This document shows positions 9,501 to 17,890 of a stretch of 64,000 nt of DNA, piece by piece. Within the stretch, counting starts at the first letter, position 1. The number at the start of each line of letters is the position of its first letter. A program made the translations under genes and the position numbers. This DNA is from Spirochaetota bacterium (lineage in GTDB: Bacteria; Spirochaetota; UBA4802; UBA5550), in NCBI GenBank assembly GCA_963664815.2, contig CAXXHB010000003.1:704001-768000 (forward strand). Reading direction: 5' to 3'. The notes under the pieces are model-generated. The model was not told the origin of the DNA. It was given only the letters and a program-made list of their open reading frames with translations, and made no database searches.

Positions 9501-10651
9501 GTGTACCACATTTTCCTGCCCATGAGATCGATTCCCCAGGTTTTATCTGCTGTCATTTTTTCATCGTCGGCATCTGGACCGGGAACGGTGGTGAATCCGG
9601 CGTCAGTTCCCGTGTTATTTCCGCTTACAGAAGGTGTAGTAAGGATTATCAGGATTCCTGTGAAATCACCGAATTTGTCACTGATAACTGAACAATCTGC
9701 TATAAGAAGAGAATTTCTCTGATTGCTGTATTTAAGTGCACCATTGACGGTCTTAGCCTGACCTGAAGCCAGAAGCGTTAACCCGTTTACAAATGATTCA
9801 TCCGCTGAAAACCAGTTGTTCAGATGCATACCGTAAACGTCATTTTTTGAGCAGCCGAAATAATTGCAGAACTCATTGTTGACTGTTATTATACGTCTTC
9901 TCCTGTTAACCAGAAGAGCCATGCCCGGGTATGTCTGGATAAAACTGTTATCGAATATGTCCCTTACAGGGGTAAGAAAGTTGTATTTATGGATTGTTTG
10001 AAGAATTGAGCCTGTGTTGAGCAACAGCAGAACAGGCGCAAGAGCGGGTAAATTGTAGAATTGAAATGAAGGAAGTATAAAATCTGTTATTGTACAAATC
10101 ATCACGGATGATATATATGACGTAGCTATGATACGCGACTGGTGTATCTCCTTCTGCGATTCAGCCCTTGATCTCCACCGGATCATTCCTATGACAGTAA
10201 TAATAACGAATGACAGGTAATAAAGAGCGTAGATGTAAAAACCTGCGCGGGAAAAAGCGGGTATGAACTTCCACCTGCCGCATGTGAAGATGAAATCTTC
10301 AAACAGAGTGTAGGAAAACCATGTCATTGCTATGATGATTGTCGCCGGGATATACATTGCAACTAACCTGACCGGTGTCAGTTTTGCCCTGATAAAGAGC
10401 AGGCACAGGTGAAGTGTAAAGACGTAGTAAAGTCCGAATCCGAAAGATGAAATTTTGTACCAGAAAACAATGTCGGTTCTGCCGTTTGAGGAGTATATTA
10501 TTACAGCTGTCAATGCCCATACGGCCAGGCTCATACACTGCAGAAAAAACAGGCGGTTCATTTTATGTGCTGGATCTGTAGCGAGGACATATGTTCCCGC
10601 TGAAATGTTAATAAACATGACAATAACAGCAAGGGCTGATAGTATGCTCAT
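6536..10651 (-). CDS. Hybrid sensor histidine kinase/response regulator (7TM, PAS, unknown duplicated domain, TM, HisKA, HATPase, REC, AraC HTH)
   Basis: N-terminal multi-TM region; FFANISHEIRTPL H-box; NLLSNAVKFT, DTGPGI, GTGIGL; DLILSDVMMPGMDG receiver; SGFENLRTFNRVFR...GMTPSEFR AraC domain. Confidence 0.9.
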   Translation of the reverse strand: MSILSALAVIVMFINISAGTYVLATDPAHKMNRLFFLQCMSLAVWALTAVIIYSSNGRTDIVFWYKISSFGFGLYYVFTLHLCLLFIRAKLTPVRLVAMYIPATIIIAMTWFSYTLFEDFIFTCGRWKFIPAFSRAGFYIYALYYLSFVIITVIGMIRWRSRAESQKEIHQSRIIATSYISSVMICTITDFILPSFQFYNLPALAPVLLLLNTGSILQTIHKYNFLTPVRDIFDNSFIQTYPGMALLVNRRRRIITVNNEFCNYFGCSKNDVYGMHLNNWFSADESFVNGLTLLASGQAKTVNGALKYSNQRNSLLIADCSVISDKFGDFTGILIILTTPSVSGNNTGTDAGFTTVPGPDADDEKMTADKTWGIDLMGRKMWYTPWPADENGFYRGPSADEIKTIYCISGEAANETLLYFEECGGDTGILVSMLNEHMADNRFTAVRADLLDKTRWYSNEFYFYFIMFTKKVIGRYDFHFGENSNEQLSEHHKIYEKGFMDYIPYGKTGSGTPVHDVTTNNVLGLLLYLEKVQFINTSDIISFINNNMNSSYSIDRDFYNNENIWCSLEFIEYGLEFTKILANSKSFFIKAAIHSTLNELRLGKIFFLIPQQVVFTQIKNGISKVNDIHDFKTDVSKGFARFQIWIKPEFNLSQYSKYLNASIPNDAAIYHGSLGAILKLIFTLDDLPDSVITFRNDGDRHSFTIEYRWKPTASIIYYKIVAAIILSIFAGFGLIHTGIITHCLTIALFSLYILYIYSEKNNLSERLSEYTVVSSQQLEALEKTSAELLEERNTLEQKVIERTRELAMANERLSELDRIKSNFFANISHEIRTPLTLMITPVEAVLSGGYNYKQDRAFFESIYNNGLRLLSLINNLLDFSRMDAGRMKMSVSLINITAMAASHAEAIRSVCDLRSIKLRTFCQPEEILIWADREKIDRVLANLLSNAVKFTAGGGSIYLSAISDDTGMCVLRIEDTGPGIPADKQESIFDRFSQVDSGPSRMFEGTGIGLAMVMEYVKLHDGTVAVESRHIDCFPENHGSVFTVKIPADRGHFQTREDVNFSVEGTDERDVYTLNYAEFALNGIRKQEIAVVSAETVSNSVIPVEYTILIVEDNPGMHTMLTGVLGGQYRIINANDGMDALKIIETEENIPDLILSDVMMPGMDGYELTANIRRMPGLESVPVILLTAKAEPEMKLEGFSKGATDYIVKPFNMSDLQSRIKAQLDLKSVRDRLERTNRALYAELGNIRTRQLTVSESSEIKISHVIDFINKNFSADISREGLAAAVDMNPDHLSRIFNKVTGKRLNSYINELRIHNARNSLIETAKTVIQIAMDSGFENLRTFNRVFRESEGMTPSEFREKQKDALLKSFS

Positions 10652-11011
10652 ATGGCTATACCATAACTATTTTAAAAGGTGTAATATGCAAAGAGGCATA
10701 ATTAAAAGTGCTATATAAAAAACTGCGGGTCAAGTATTTTTAGTTCAGCCTGAAAAATAAATTACAATTTTGTATAGACACAGAAATTAAGAAAGCAGCG
10801 TTTTAAAAAGAGATTTTACCTGATTGTGGATGGAATATGGGTATTTTCTGATACAACAGAGATCAGCAGGATATTTATACTGCAGAATATATTATTAGAC
10901 TATCCGCAGCCGTTGGTAGTATATTTTAAAAGAATAAAATCCCTTTTCTGATTCTCGCATATTGTATTAATAAACCCATACATTAAAATAATTAATATAT
11001 TTAATATGGCT

Positions 11012-11042
11012 AATTATTGCGCGCGCAGTAATTGGCCGGACA
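11012..11042 (+). promoter_or_regulatory. 31-bp palindromic motif upstream of the MORN-repeat gene, copy 2
   Basis: AATTATTGCGCGCGCAGTAATTGGCCGGACA, 59 nt before ATG 11102. Confidence 0.6.
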
Positions 11043-11101
11043 TAATTCTTTTCATGTGATAACCTGTTAAATACAAATTTAATTAACTACAGGAGTTAAA
11101 T

Positions 11102-11659
11102 ATGAAAAAAATCTGGTTGTTGTCTTTTGCCTTATTTTTAAGCTTTTCTGGATTGTTGTTTAGTGATGATGCAGACAAAAATTCCGTTGAAGGTAAATGT
11201 ATTTCAGGTAATTGTCAAAATGGTAATGGTACATTTGAGATTTCAAAGGATAGCGAAAATTTTTCCGGTGGCAAATATGTAGGTCAATTTAAAAATGGAA
11301 AATTTAACGGGAAAGGTACATTGACATGGTATGATGATAGAGGTGAAGAAGTAAAAAGTTTCAAATATGCCGGTCAATTCAAAGATGGTAACATTGATGG
11401 CCAAGGTACATTTACTTCAGTTATTGGCTACTTTGATAATCGAGGTGTATTTAAAGCAGATGAAAAATTTTTCAAATATATTGGTGAATTTAAAAATGGT
11501 GTGATAAATGGGAAAGGGCTGGCAGCTTATCCCGACGGTTCTAAATATGTAGGTGAATACAAAGATGGTAGCTATAATGGGAAAGGAACTTTCTACAATC
11601 CCGACGGATCTATTTACAAACAGGGTCGTTGGGAAAATAGTGAGTTTAAAGGTGAGTAA
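11102..11659 (+). CDS. Exported MORN-repeat protein
   Basis: Signal peptide; CISGNCQNGNG; repeated Y-x-G-x-FK-x-G-x-x-x-G-x-G. Confidence 0.9.
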   Translation: MKKIWLLSFALFLSFSGLLFSDDADKNSVEGKCISGNCQNGNGTFEISKDSENFSGGKYVGQFKNGKFNGKGTLTWYDDRGEEVKSFKYAGQFKDGNIDGQGTFTSVIGYFDNRGVFKADEKFFKYIGEFKNGVINGKGLAAYPDGSKYVGEYKDGSYNGKGTFYNPDGSIYKQGRWENSEFKGE

Positions 11660-11704
11660 ATTTCTATAGTTGGTTGTTTGACGATATATAAATTTTCTTA
11701 TCCA

Positions 11705-11767
11705 TTCCGCTTTTGGCGCAATTTCTGCATCGGGACAGAAATGCGCCAATCAGCAGAGCGGAACGTT
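11705..11767 (+). other. Long bulged hairpin (attC-like or terminator)
   Basis: Nested arms TTCCGCT/AGCGGAA, TTGGCGC/GCGCCAA and ATTTCTG/CAGAAAT with bulges, ending in CGTT. Confidence 0.5.
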
Positions 11768-11904
11768 CCCTACATCTGTTCTTGATTTGTAAAATTGTAA
11801 TAACGGTGGCTGTATGAACTTGAATTGTGCAGCAAATATTGGATCAGCAAGAAATCTATTTATAAATTCTATTATATGGTCAATAATTTTCAGGAGAAAT
11901 CAGA

Positions 11905-13398
11905 GTGAAACGAAATCTATTCATAACAGCAATTATAACTACGTTGGCTGTAACAGTATTAAACAATTCCGATGTGAATGCATCTGAAAGCGATAATGTA
12001 ATATGGCTTTTAAAACCTCAATACAGCCGGTCATCATATTTTTCAGAAGGGTTTGTATGTTTTGAAAAAGATGGGCAATGGGGTTATGTAGACAGAGATG
12101 GGAAGAGTGTAGTAGAACCTCAGTTTGATTACGCATGGGAATTTTCCGAAGGAATGGCCCGCATTAAAAAAGATGGTAAATACGGATTTATAAATACCGA
12201 TGGCAGAGTGGTAATAGAACCCCGGTTCGACGATGCTGGTGAATTTTCAGAGGGATTGGTACGCATTCAAAAGAATCATAAATGGGGTTTTATAAACAGG
12301 CAAGGCCGGATAATAATAGAACCCTCGTATGAGGATGCAGGTAATTTTTCTGAAGGACTGGTTTGTGTTGAAAAGGACGGGAAATGGGGTTTTATTGATA
12401 AAGACGGTGATACCGTATGTGAATTCCAGTTTTATAATGCATCTGATTTTTCCGGCGGAATAGCTAAAGTTGAAAACATCAGTGGGTATGGCTGTATAAA
12501 CAGTAAAGGCGCAATAATAATAGAACCCCGATTCGAATATATATCATATTTCTCTGAAGGTCTTGCAAGAGTTGTAAAGGGTTACCAGTCGGGATTTATA
12601 AACATGGAAGGTAAGATCGTAATAGAATCTCAGTTTGATGATGCCTCAGATTTTTCTGAAGGACTGGCACGTGTCGAAAATGATCAAAAGTGGGGTTACA
12701 TAAACAAAAATGGTAATATTACAATAAAACCAGAGTTTGAGAAAGCCGGTGATTTTTTTGACGGACTGGCCTGTGTAAAAAAGGATGGGAAATGGGGATT
12801 TATAAACAAAGATGGTAATACAGTAATAAAACCCCAGTTTGATGTTGTATGGAACTTTTCCGAAGGTCTGGCCTGTGTTAAAAAGAATGGGAGATGGGGA
12901 TATATAAACAGAGATGGCAAGTTAGTAATACAGCTTCAGTTTGAAGAAGTTGAAAAATTTTACGGAGGTCTGGCTTGTATAAAAAAGAATGGGAAGTATG
13001 GTTATATTAACAAGTACGGGAGGTTAGTAATAAAACCCCAGTTTGACAGTGTTGAGGAATTTTCCGAAGGACTGGCTTGTGTTGAAAAGAACGGGAGTTG
13101 GGGTTTTATAAAATATCCTATATCCGCAGATGAACAGATAAAATCATTTGAAGAATCAGGCATGTTAATCGGTGAAGTAAAATCTGTGACGAACTCAGAA
13201 TTTATCATTGGCGGCCAAGATATTGCTGAACATGTCCGTATGGGGGATAAGCTTTGCCTGTATTCAGGTGAAAAGATAATAATTCTCAGGGCGACATTTC
13301 CGATGCAAACAGTAACTAAATGTGAAGTAATTTCCGGCAGCAGGAGTGATGTCAAGCCTGGTATGAAAGTTTATAAATACAAAAAAACCAAAAAGTAA
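11905..13398 (+). CDS. Exported WG (KWG)-repeat protein with a distinct C-terminal domain
   Basis: Signal peptide; about 10 FSEGLAxVxKxGKWGFIxxxG repeats. Confidence 0.92.
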   Translation: MKRNLFITAIITTLAVTVLNNSDVNASESDNVIWLLKPQYSRSSYFSEGFVCFEKDGQWGYVDRDGKSVVEPQFDYAWEFSEGMARIKKDGKYGFINTDGRVVIEPRFDDAGEFSEGLVRIQKNHKWGFINRQGRIIIEPSYEDAGNFSEGLVCVEKDGKWGFIDKDGDTVCEFQFYNASDFSGGIAKVENISGYGCINSKGAIIIEPRFEYISYFSEGLARVVKGYQSGFINMEGKIVIESQFDDASDFSEGLARVENDQKWGYINKNGNITIKPEFEKAGDFFDGLACVKKDGKWGFINKDGNTVIKPQFDVVWNFSEGLACVKKNGRWGYINRDGKLVIQLQFEEVEKFYGGLACIKKNGKYGYINKYGRLVIKPQFDSVEEFSEGLACVEKNGSWGFIKYPISADEQIKSFEESGMLIGEVKSVTNSEFIIGGQDIAEHVRMGDKLCLYSGEKIIILRATFPMQTVTKCEVISGSRSDVKPGMKVYKYKKTKK

Positions 13399-13483
13399 TG
13401 TTGTAAATGTAGAATAACATTTTAAAATTCCGCAGACTGCTTGAGAAACACCTCTTAAAGCAATTCATAAGTACTGATAAACT

Positions 13484-13587
13484 TTAACCGGCAGCAGCAT
13501 TAAATTTAATAATTTAAATCATGGAATGAACCGTATTTAATTCAAAGAGGAATATAAAAAAAGCGTACCGGTTTATAAACGGGGGCG
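13484..13587 (+). repeat. 104-bp dispersed intergenic repeat, copy 2
   Basis: Matches 3010-3113. Confidence 0.9.
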
Positions 13588-13691
13588 ACAGAAATAAAAT
13601 AAACATATATAAACCATAATAAATTTCACCACACCGGTTTCCTTAAAAACATTTTCAGAGAACCGGCAGGTAATTTTTATGAGGAAGGTAT

Positions 13692-15077
13692 ATGTTAAAC
13701 AAACGATCTTTAAAAATAAAAAAATATCTGCTTTTATCTGCATTCCAGATCATCTGCATCTCTTTTAACGGATGTCAATGGTGGGACAAGGATAAGGGCA
13801 ATACAGACAACACGTCCGGCCAGGTCTATAAAGTAACCTACTACGGGAACGGGAATACAGGGGGAAGCGTCCCTGCTGATTCGAAAGATTATAAAAAAGG
13901 GGAGAGTGTCACCGTTCTTGGCAATACGGGAAATCTTGTTAATTCAGCGATTTCTACCTTTATCGGCTGGGACACGCAGGCTGACGGAAAGGGAACAACT
14001 TATATCCCTGAGCATTCATTTACCATGGGCTCTGCCAATGTTTCGTTGTATGCAAAATGGTTTACCTGGTCGGTCTTTGGTTCGGCTAATAACAGTGTTA
14101 ATGCCCTTGTAATTGACAGCTCGGGCAATCTCTACGCAGGGGGATCTTTTACTACAGTCGGAGGAACAGCTGTAAGCTATATCGCGAAATGGGACGGTAC
14201 CTCATGGTCTCCCCTCGGTTCAGGGGTAGATGACGAAGTATCTTCCCTTGCAGTTGACAACTCGGGCAATCTCTATGTTGGGGGATATTTTACTACCGCG
14301 GGGGGTACGGCGGCAGAATCTATTGCAAAATGGGACGGAAGCTCATGGTCCGCACTCGGTTCAGGTGTGACAGATGGAATTGTATCTTCCCTTGCAGTTG
14401 ACAGCTCCGGAAACCTCTACGCAGGTGGGAATTTTACTACCATGGGGGGTACGGCGGCAAACCGTATTGCAAAGTGGAACGGAAGCTCATGGTCCGCACT
14501 CGGTTCAGGAATGAGTAGCAATGTATATACCCTTGCAGTTGACAGCTCGGATAATCTCTACGCAGGGGGATATTTTACTACCGCGGGGGGTACGGCGGCA
14601 AGCCATATTGCAAAGTGGAACGGAAGCTCATGGTCAGCACTCGGTTCAGGGACGGATGACTATATCAATGTCATTGCAGTTGACAGCTCGGATAATCTCT
14701 ATGCAGGGGGAGCTTTTACTACCGCGGGGGGTACGGATGCAATCTGTATTGCAAAGTGGAACGGAAGTTCATGGTCAGCACTTGGTTCAGGGATGGGATA
14801 TGATGTCTATGCCCTTGCGGCTGACAGCGCCGGATATCTTTATGCAGGGGGTGCTTTTACAACTGCGGGGGGTACGGCGGCAAACGGTATTGCGAAATGG
14901 GATGGAAGTTCATGGACAGTGCTGGGATCTGATATATCCAGCGGCGGACAGGTCTATGGTCTTGCTGTCGACAGTTATGGAAATCTCTTCGTCGGTGGAA
15001 CATTTACTATATCGGCCGATGGCGGCGGTAGTGCATCAAATATAGCTGAATTCGGGAACAGAGTGACATCTTATTAA
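13692..15077 (+). CDS. Lipoprotein with an InlB-B/Listeria-Bacteroides repeat and beta-propeller repeats
   Basis: Lipobox-like FNGC; YxGNGNTGG...FIGWDTQADG...LYAKW; about 7 AVDSSGNLYAGGxFTTAGG...IAKWNGSSWSALGSG repeats. Confidence 0.85.
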   Translation: MLNKRSLKIKKYLLLSAFQIICISFNGCQWWDKDKGNTDNTSGQVYKVTYYGNGNTGGSVPADSKDYKKGESVTVLGNTGNLVNSAISTFIGWDTQADGKGTTYIPEHSFTMGSANVSLYAKWFTWSVFGSANNSVNALVIDSSGNLYAGGSFTTVGGTAVSYIAKWDGTSWSPLGSGVDDEVSSLAVDNSGNLYVGGYFTTAGGTAAESIAKWDGSSWSALGSGVTDGIVSSLAVDSSGNLYAGGNFTTMGGTAANRIAKWNGSSWSALGSGMSSNVYTLAVDSSDNLYAGGYFTTAGGTAASHIAKWNGSSWSALGSGTDDYINVIAVDSSDNLYAGGAFTTAGGTDAICIAKWNGSSWSALGSGMGYDVYALAADSAGYLYAGGAFTTAGGTAANGIAKWDGSSWTVLGSDISSGGQVYGLAVDSYGNLFVGGTFTISADGGGSASNIAEFGNRVTSY

Positions 15078-15479
15078 TAAAACTGTTTTTGTTTCAAATT
15101 CTGTGAGATAAAAAACTATAATAAAATTAATCTGGCCTGAGATATATCCTCATTGATAAAGAAGATGGTCGTCACAAAAACCTGTGGGTAATTACAGGTT
15201 ACTGCACAACACAAACGATGGACGGCCATCTTCAAATCTTCAACAATCTGTCCCCTTTGCTTCAGATGTTTCATTGAGCAAACCACTACATAGTATACAC
15301 TTCAGTTTCATGAAATAATTTATATATCTATCTAAAATGCATCTCATAAAAAAGCATTTCAGGAGGCGCAATAAAAGTATCAAATACATATTGACAAATC
15401 AACGATAAATTAACAGAACAAAGAAAATGAATATAATTCAGTATTTATAACATTGAGGCAGACGCAGCAGGAATAAATT

Positions 15480-16616
15480 ATGTACAGTTTTCTGGATCTA
15501 TTGACCTTTGCGAGCAGTTGTTCGCTTATAACCATGGGCTTTGTCTATCTCTCTGAAAACAGAAAAAAAGCAGATCGTATTATCGTTTTTGCCTTTTTTT
15601 TATTATGGGGCGCCGATACTTTTTTAATATTGTGGGAGGAGATGGGTTTAAACACCCTTTACCCGCATTTTCTTTATCTGAGCAAGCCCTTTGAACTTTT
15701 CTACGGGCCCCTGATATACTACCGCTTCAGGACGCTTATAGAAGGGAAAATGAAGTTGGATATTCAGGCGGTGCTTCTTTTTCTGCCTGGAATTCTTGCC
15801 GTCATATATTTCATACCCTATTTCACTCTGGGCCCGCAGGAGAAGCTGGCATATGTCGGGTTTCATAATATTCCGAACGGGGCCGTCCGGTTCATATATC
15901 TCATGATTGTGCACGGGGTGACGCTGTGGTTTGTATTTTGCATCCTTCTTTTTATTTTCCAGCTGCCAGGAATGCTTTCAGCAAGAGGCTTCAGGCTGAT
16001 ATTGCAGAAAAAGATACTGGTGATTTACAATATCTTATGGATTGTTATTTCCATAACAGGGTACTCCATGTATATCCTCGGTTATAGCCCTATGATAAAG
16101 GTCATGATTATAATAACCAACGGTATGATTATCATTTTTTATTTTATCGAGAAAAAATATGAAAGGCTGTTCATCCTGATACATGAAGACTCAAGCGAGA
16201 CAAGATATAAAAGATCAATGCTGCATGGCATAGACACAGGTGCTGTCATAGAGCGCATTAAAGAGCTTATGGAGCTTGAGAATCTTTATCTTGATGAAAA
16301 TTTGTCGCTTCAGACTCTGAGTTCCATGCTCAATATCACATCTCATCAGCTTTCCGAGATATTAAACAACAGGTTAAATACAAATTTCCGTTCATTTATA
16401 AACACCTACAGGATCAACGCTGCAAAAAAAATGCTTCTTGAAAACGGGGATATCAGCATAATACGTGCAGCCTATGAATGCGGCTTTAAATCGAAAAATG
16501 CCTTTAATACAGCTTTTCATAAAGCAGAATCAATGACCCCGTCGGAATTTAAAGAAAGAAACAAAAAAAATGGTTACGGTTTGTCAACTCTGAATAAATC
16601 CGTCCGGCAGGGATAG
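15480..16616 (+). CDS. Membrane-anchored AraC-family regulator
   Basis: Several TM helices, then HQLSEILN...NFRSFINTYRI...CGFKSKNAFNTAF. Confidence 0.9.
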   Translation: MYSFLDLLTFASSCSLITMGFVYLSENRKKADRIIVFAFFLLWGADTFLILWEEMGLNTLYPHFLYLSKPFELFYGPLIYYRFRTLIEGKMKLDIQAVLLFLPGILAVIYFIPYFTLGPQEKLAYVGFHNIPNGAVRFIYLMIVHGVTLWFVFCILLFIFQLPGMLSARGFRLILQKKILVIYNILWIVISITGYSMYILGYSPMIKVMIIITNGMIIIFYFIEKKYERLFILIHEDSSETRYKRSMLHGIDTGAVIERIKELMELENLYLDENLSLQTLSSMLNITSHQLSEILNNRLNTNFRSFINTYRINAAKKMLLENGDISIIRAAYECGFKSKNAFNTAFHKAESMTPSEFKERNKKNGYGLSTLNKSVRQG

Positions 16617-17048
16617 CCCGTTGTACTGAACCCAGTCGCGGACAAGCCGCTTGCCCTTTCCGGTGTTCCAGTCTTTCGCAATATCATGATGGCACTTTTC
16701 GCCTCTGCCAATTCTTTTGTGATGGCAGAACCTGCATTCAACCGGCTGTAATATTGATCCGAAAAGTTCACAGCTTTCATTTTCAAAAAAGATGCAGCCG
16801 TTATAAGAGTATTCTTGAAGAGCGAAATTTCCGCCATTTCCCCTGAATGCAGGAGAAAGAACGCCAAAAGAACGATCCGGAGAAAACTCGAGCATCATTT
16901 TCCCGGCATAACCACTGTCGATTGCCCCCCTTGCTTCCGAAACAAGCCACCATCCCGGCCTCATGCAGAAATAACGGCAGATTTGGCATGTACACGGTCT
17001 TGAAGGCGGATATCTTCTATAAAGCGCATGAATTTTTGTCATCAGCAT
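16584..17048 (-). CDS. Cys-rich putative metal/Fe-S-binding protein (YkgJ-like)
   Basis: CTCQICRYFC, GCIFFENESC and QPVECRFC; GGAGG RBS before ATG 17048. Confidence 0.65.
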   Translation of the reverse strand: MLMTKIHALYRRYPPSRPCTCQICRYFCMRPGWWLVSEARGAIDSGYAGKMMLEFSPDRSFGVLSPAFRGNGGNFALQEYSYNGCIFFENESCELFGSILQPVECRFCHHKRIGRGEKCHHDIAKDWNTGKGKRLVRDWVQYNGLSLPDGFIQS

Positions 17049-17116
17049 ACCTCCATCCTGCAGGAGGATATATTTAGACTTTACAAAATTCAATAGTGAT
17101 AAATCATTATTTTATA

Positions 17117-17890
17117 ATGAAATCCGTGAACAGGTTGAAATATGAATATGACAGCATAGTCATGTCACTAAGATGTGATGTAACGGACGAAGATTATAAT
17201 CGTCTGGAAACACGCATTGCCGATATAAGCGCTCTTGCCAGGTTTGAAAACAGGTCAGTCTCGTTGTATGATGTGAACAGACGGGAATTCCTGCTGAAAG
17301 TAGACCGACACATCGAGCTTTTGGGATATGATCCAGGAGAAGCCTTCAATATCAATGATATAAATGCATATCACTCCATGATCCATCCAGATGATGTGAA
17401 GTTTATGTATGATTCGGAAATCAGGATGTATTCATATTTAAACGCCATACGGGATGACTCAAAGAAGAACTACAAACTGGTCTATGATTACCGGGTAAGA
17501 GGCAGGTCGGGTAATTATGTGCGGTTTCTCCACCAGATGGCACTTTTTGAACTGGATAAAAACTTCAATTCATGGATAGTGCTTGTTATTTCCGATGTTT
17601 TATCCATGTTTCCGGAAGAGTACCTCCCCCGTCGTTTTCTGATAGATACCGGCACAAACAGAGTTGTACTCTTCAACGATGAAGCGGGTGTAAAGTCTTA
17701 TCTGATTACCCGCAAGGAAATGGAGGTACTTCAGCTTGTGTCACATGGGCTGGACAGTGCTGAAATCGCAAGACGGATGCATATCAGCATCAACACAGTT
17801 AACAACCACAGACAGAACATTCTGCAAAAAACATCCACAAGGAACACGCCGCAGGCTATAACCTACCTGAAATGTATAGGGATACTCTGA
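17117..17890 (+). CDS. PAS-LuxR transcriptional regulator
   Basis: PAS-like IHPDD...DYRV; C-terminal TRKEMEVLQLVSHG...ISINTVNNHRQNILQK LuxR HTH. Confidence 0.9.
   Translation: MKSVNRLKYEYDSIVMSLRCDVTDEDYNRLETRIADISALARFENRSVSLYDVNRREFLLKVDRHIELLGYDPGEAFNINDINAYHSMIHPDDVKFMYDSEIRMYSYLNAIRDDSKKNYKLVYDYRVRGRSGNYVRFLHQMALFELDKNFNSWIVLVISDVLSMFPEEYLPRRFLIDTGTNRVVLFNDEAGVKSYLITRKEMEVLQLVSHGLDSAEIARRMHISINTVNNHRQNILQKTSTRNTPQAITYLKCIGIL

Noticed and set aside
14100-14950. Regular DNA repeats resembling a CRISPR array
   Set aside because: They are in-frame coding beta-propeller repeats with no unique spacers and no cas genes.
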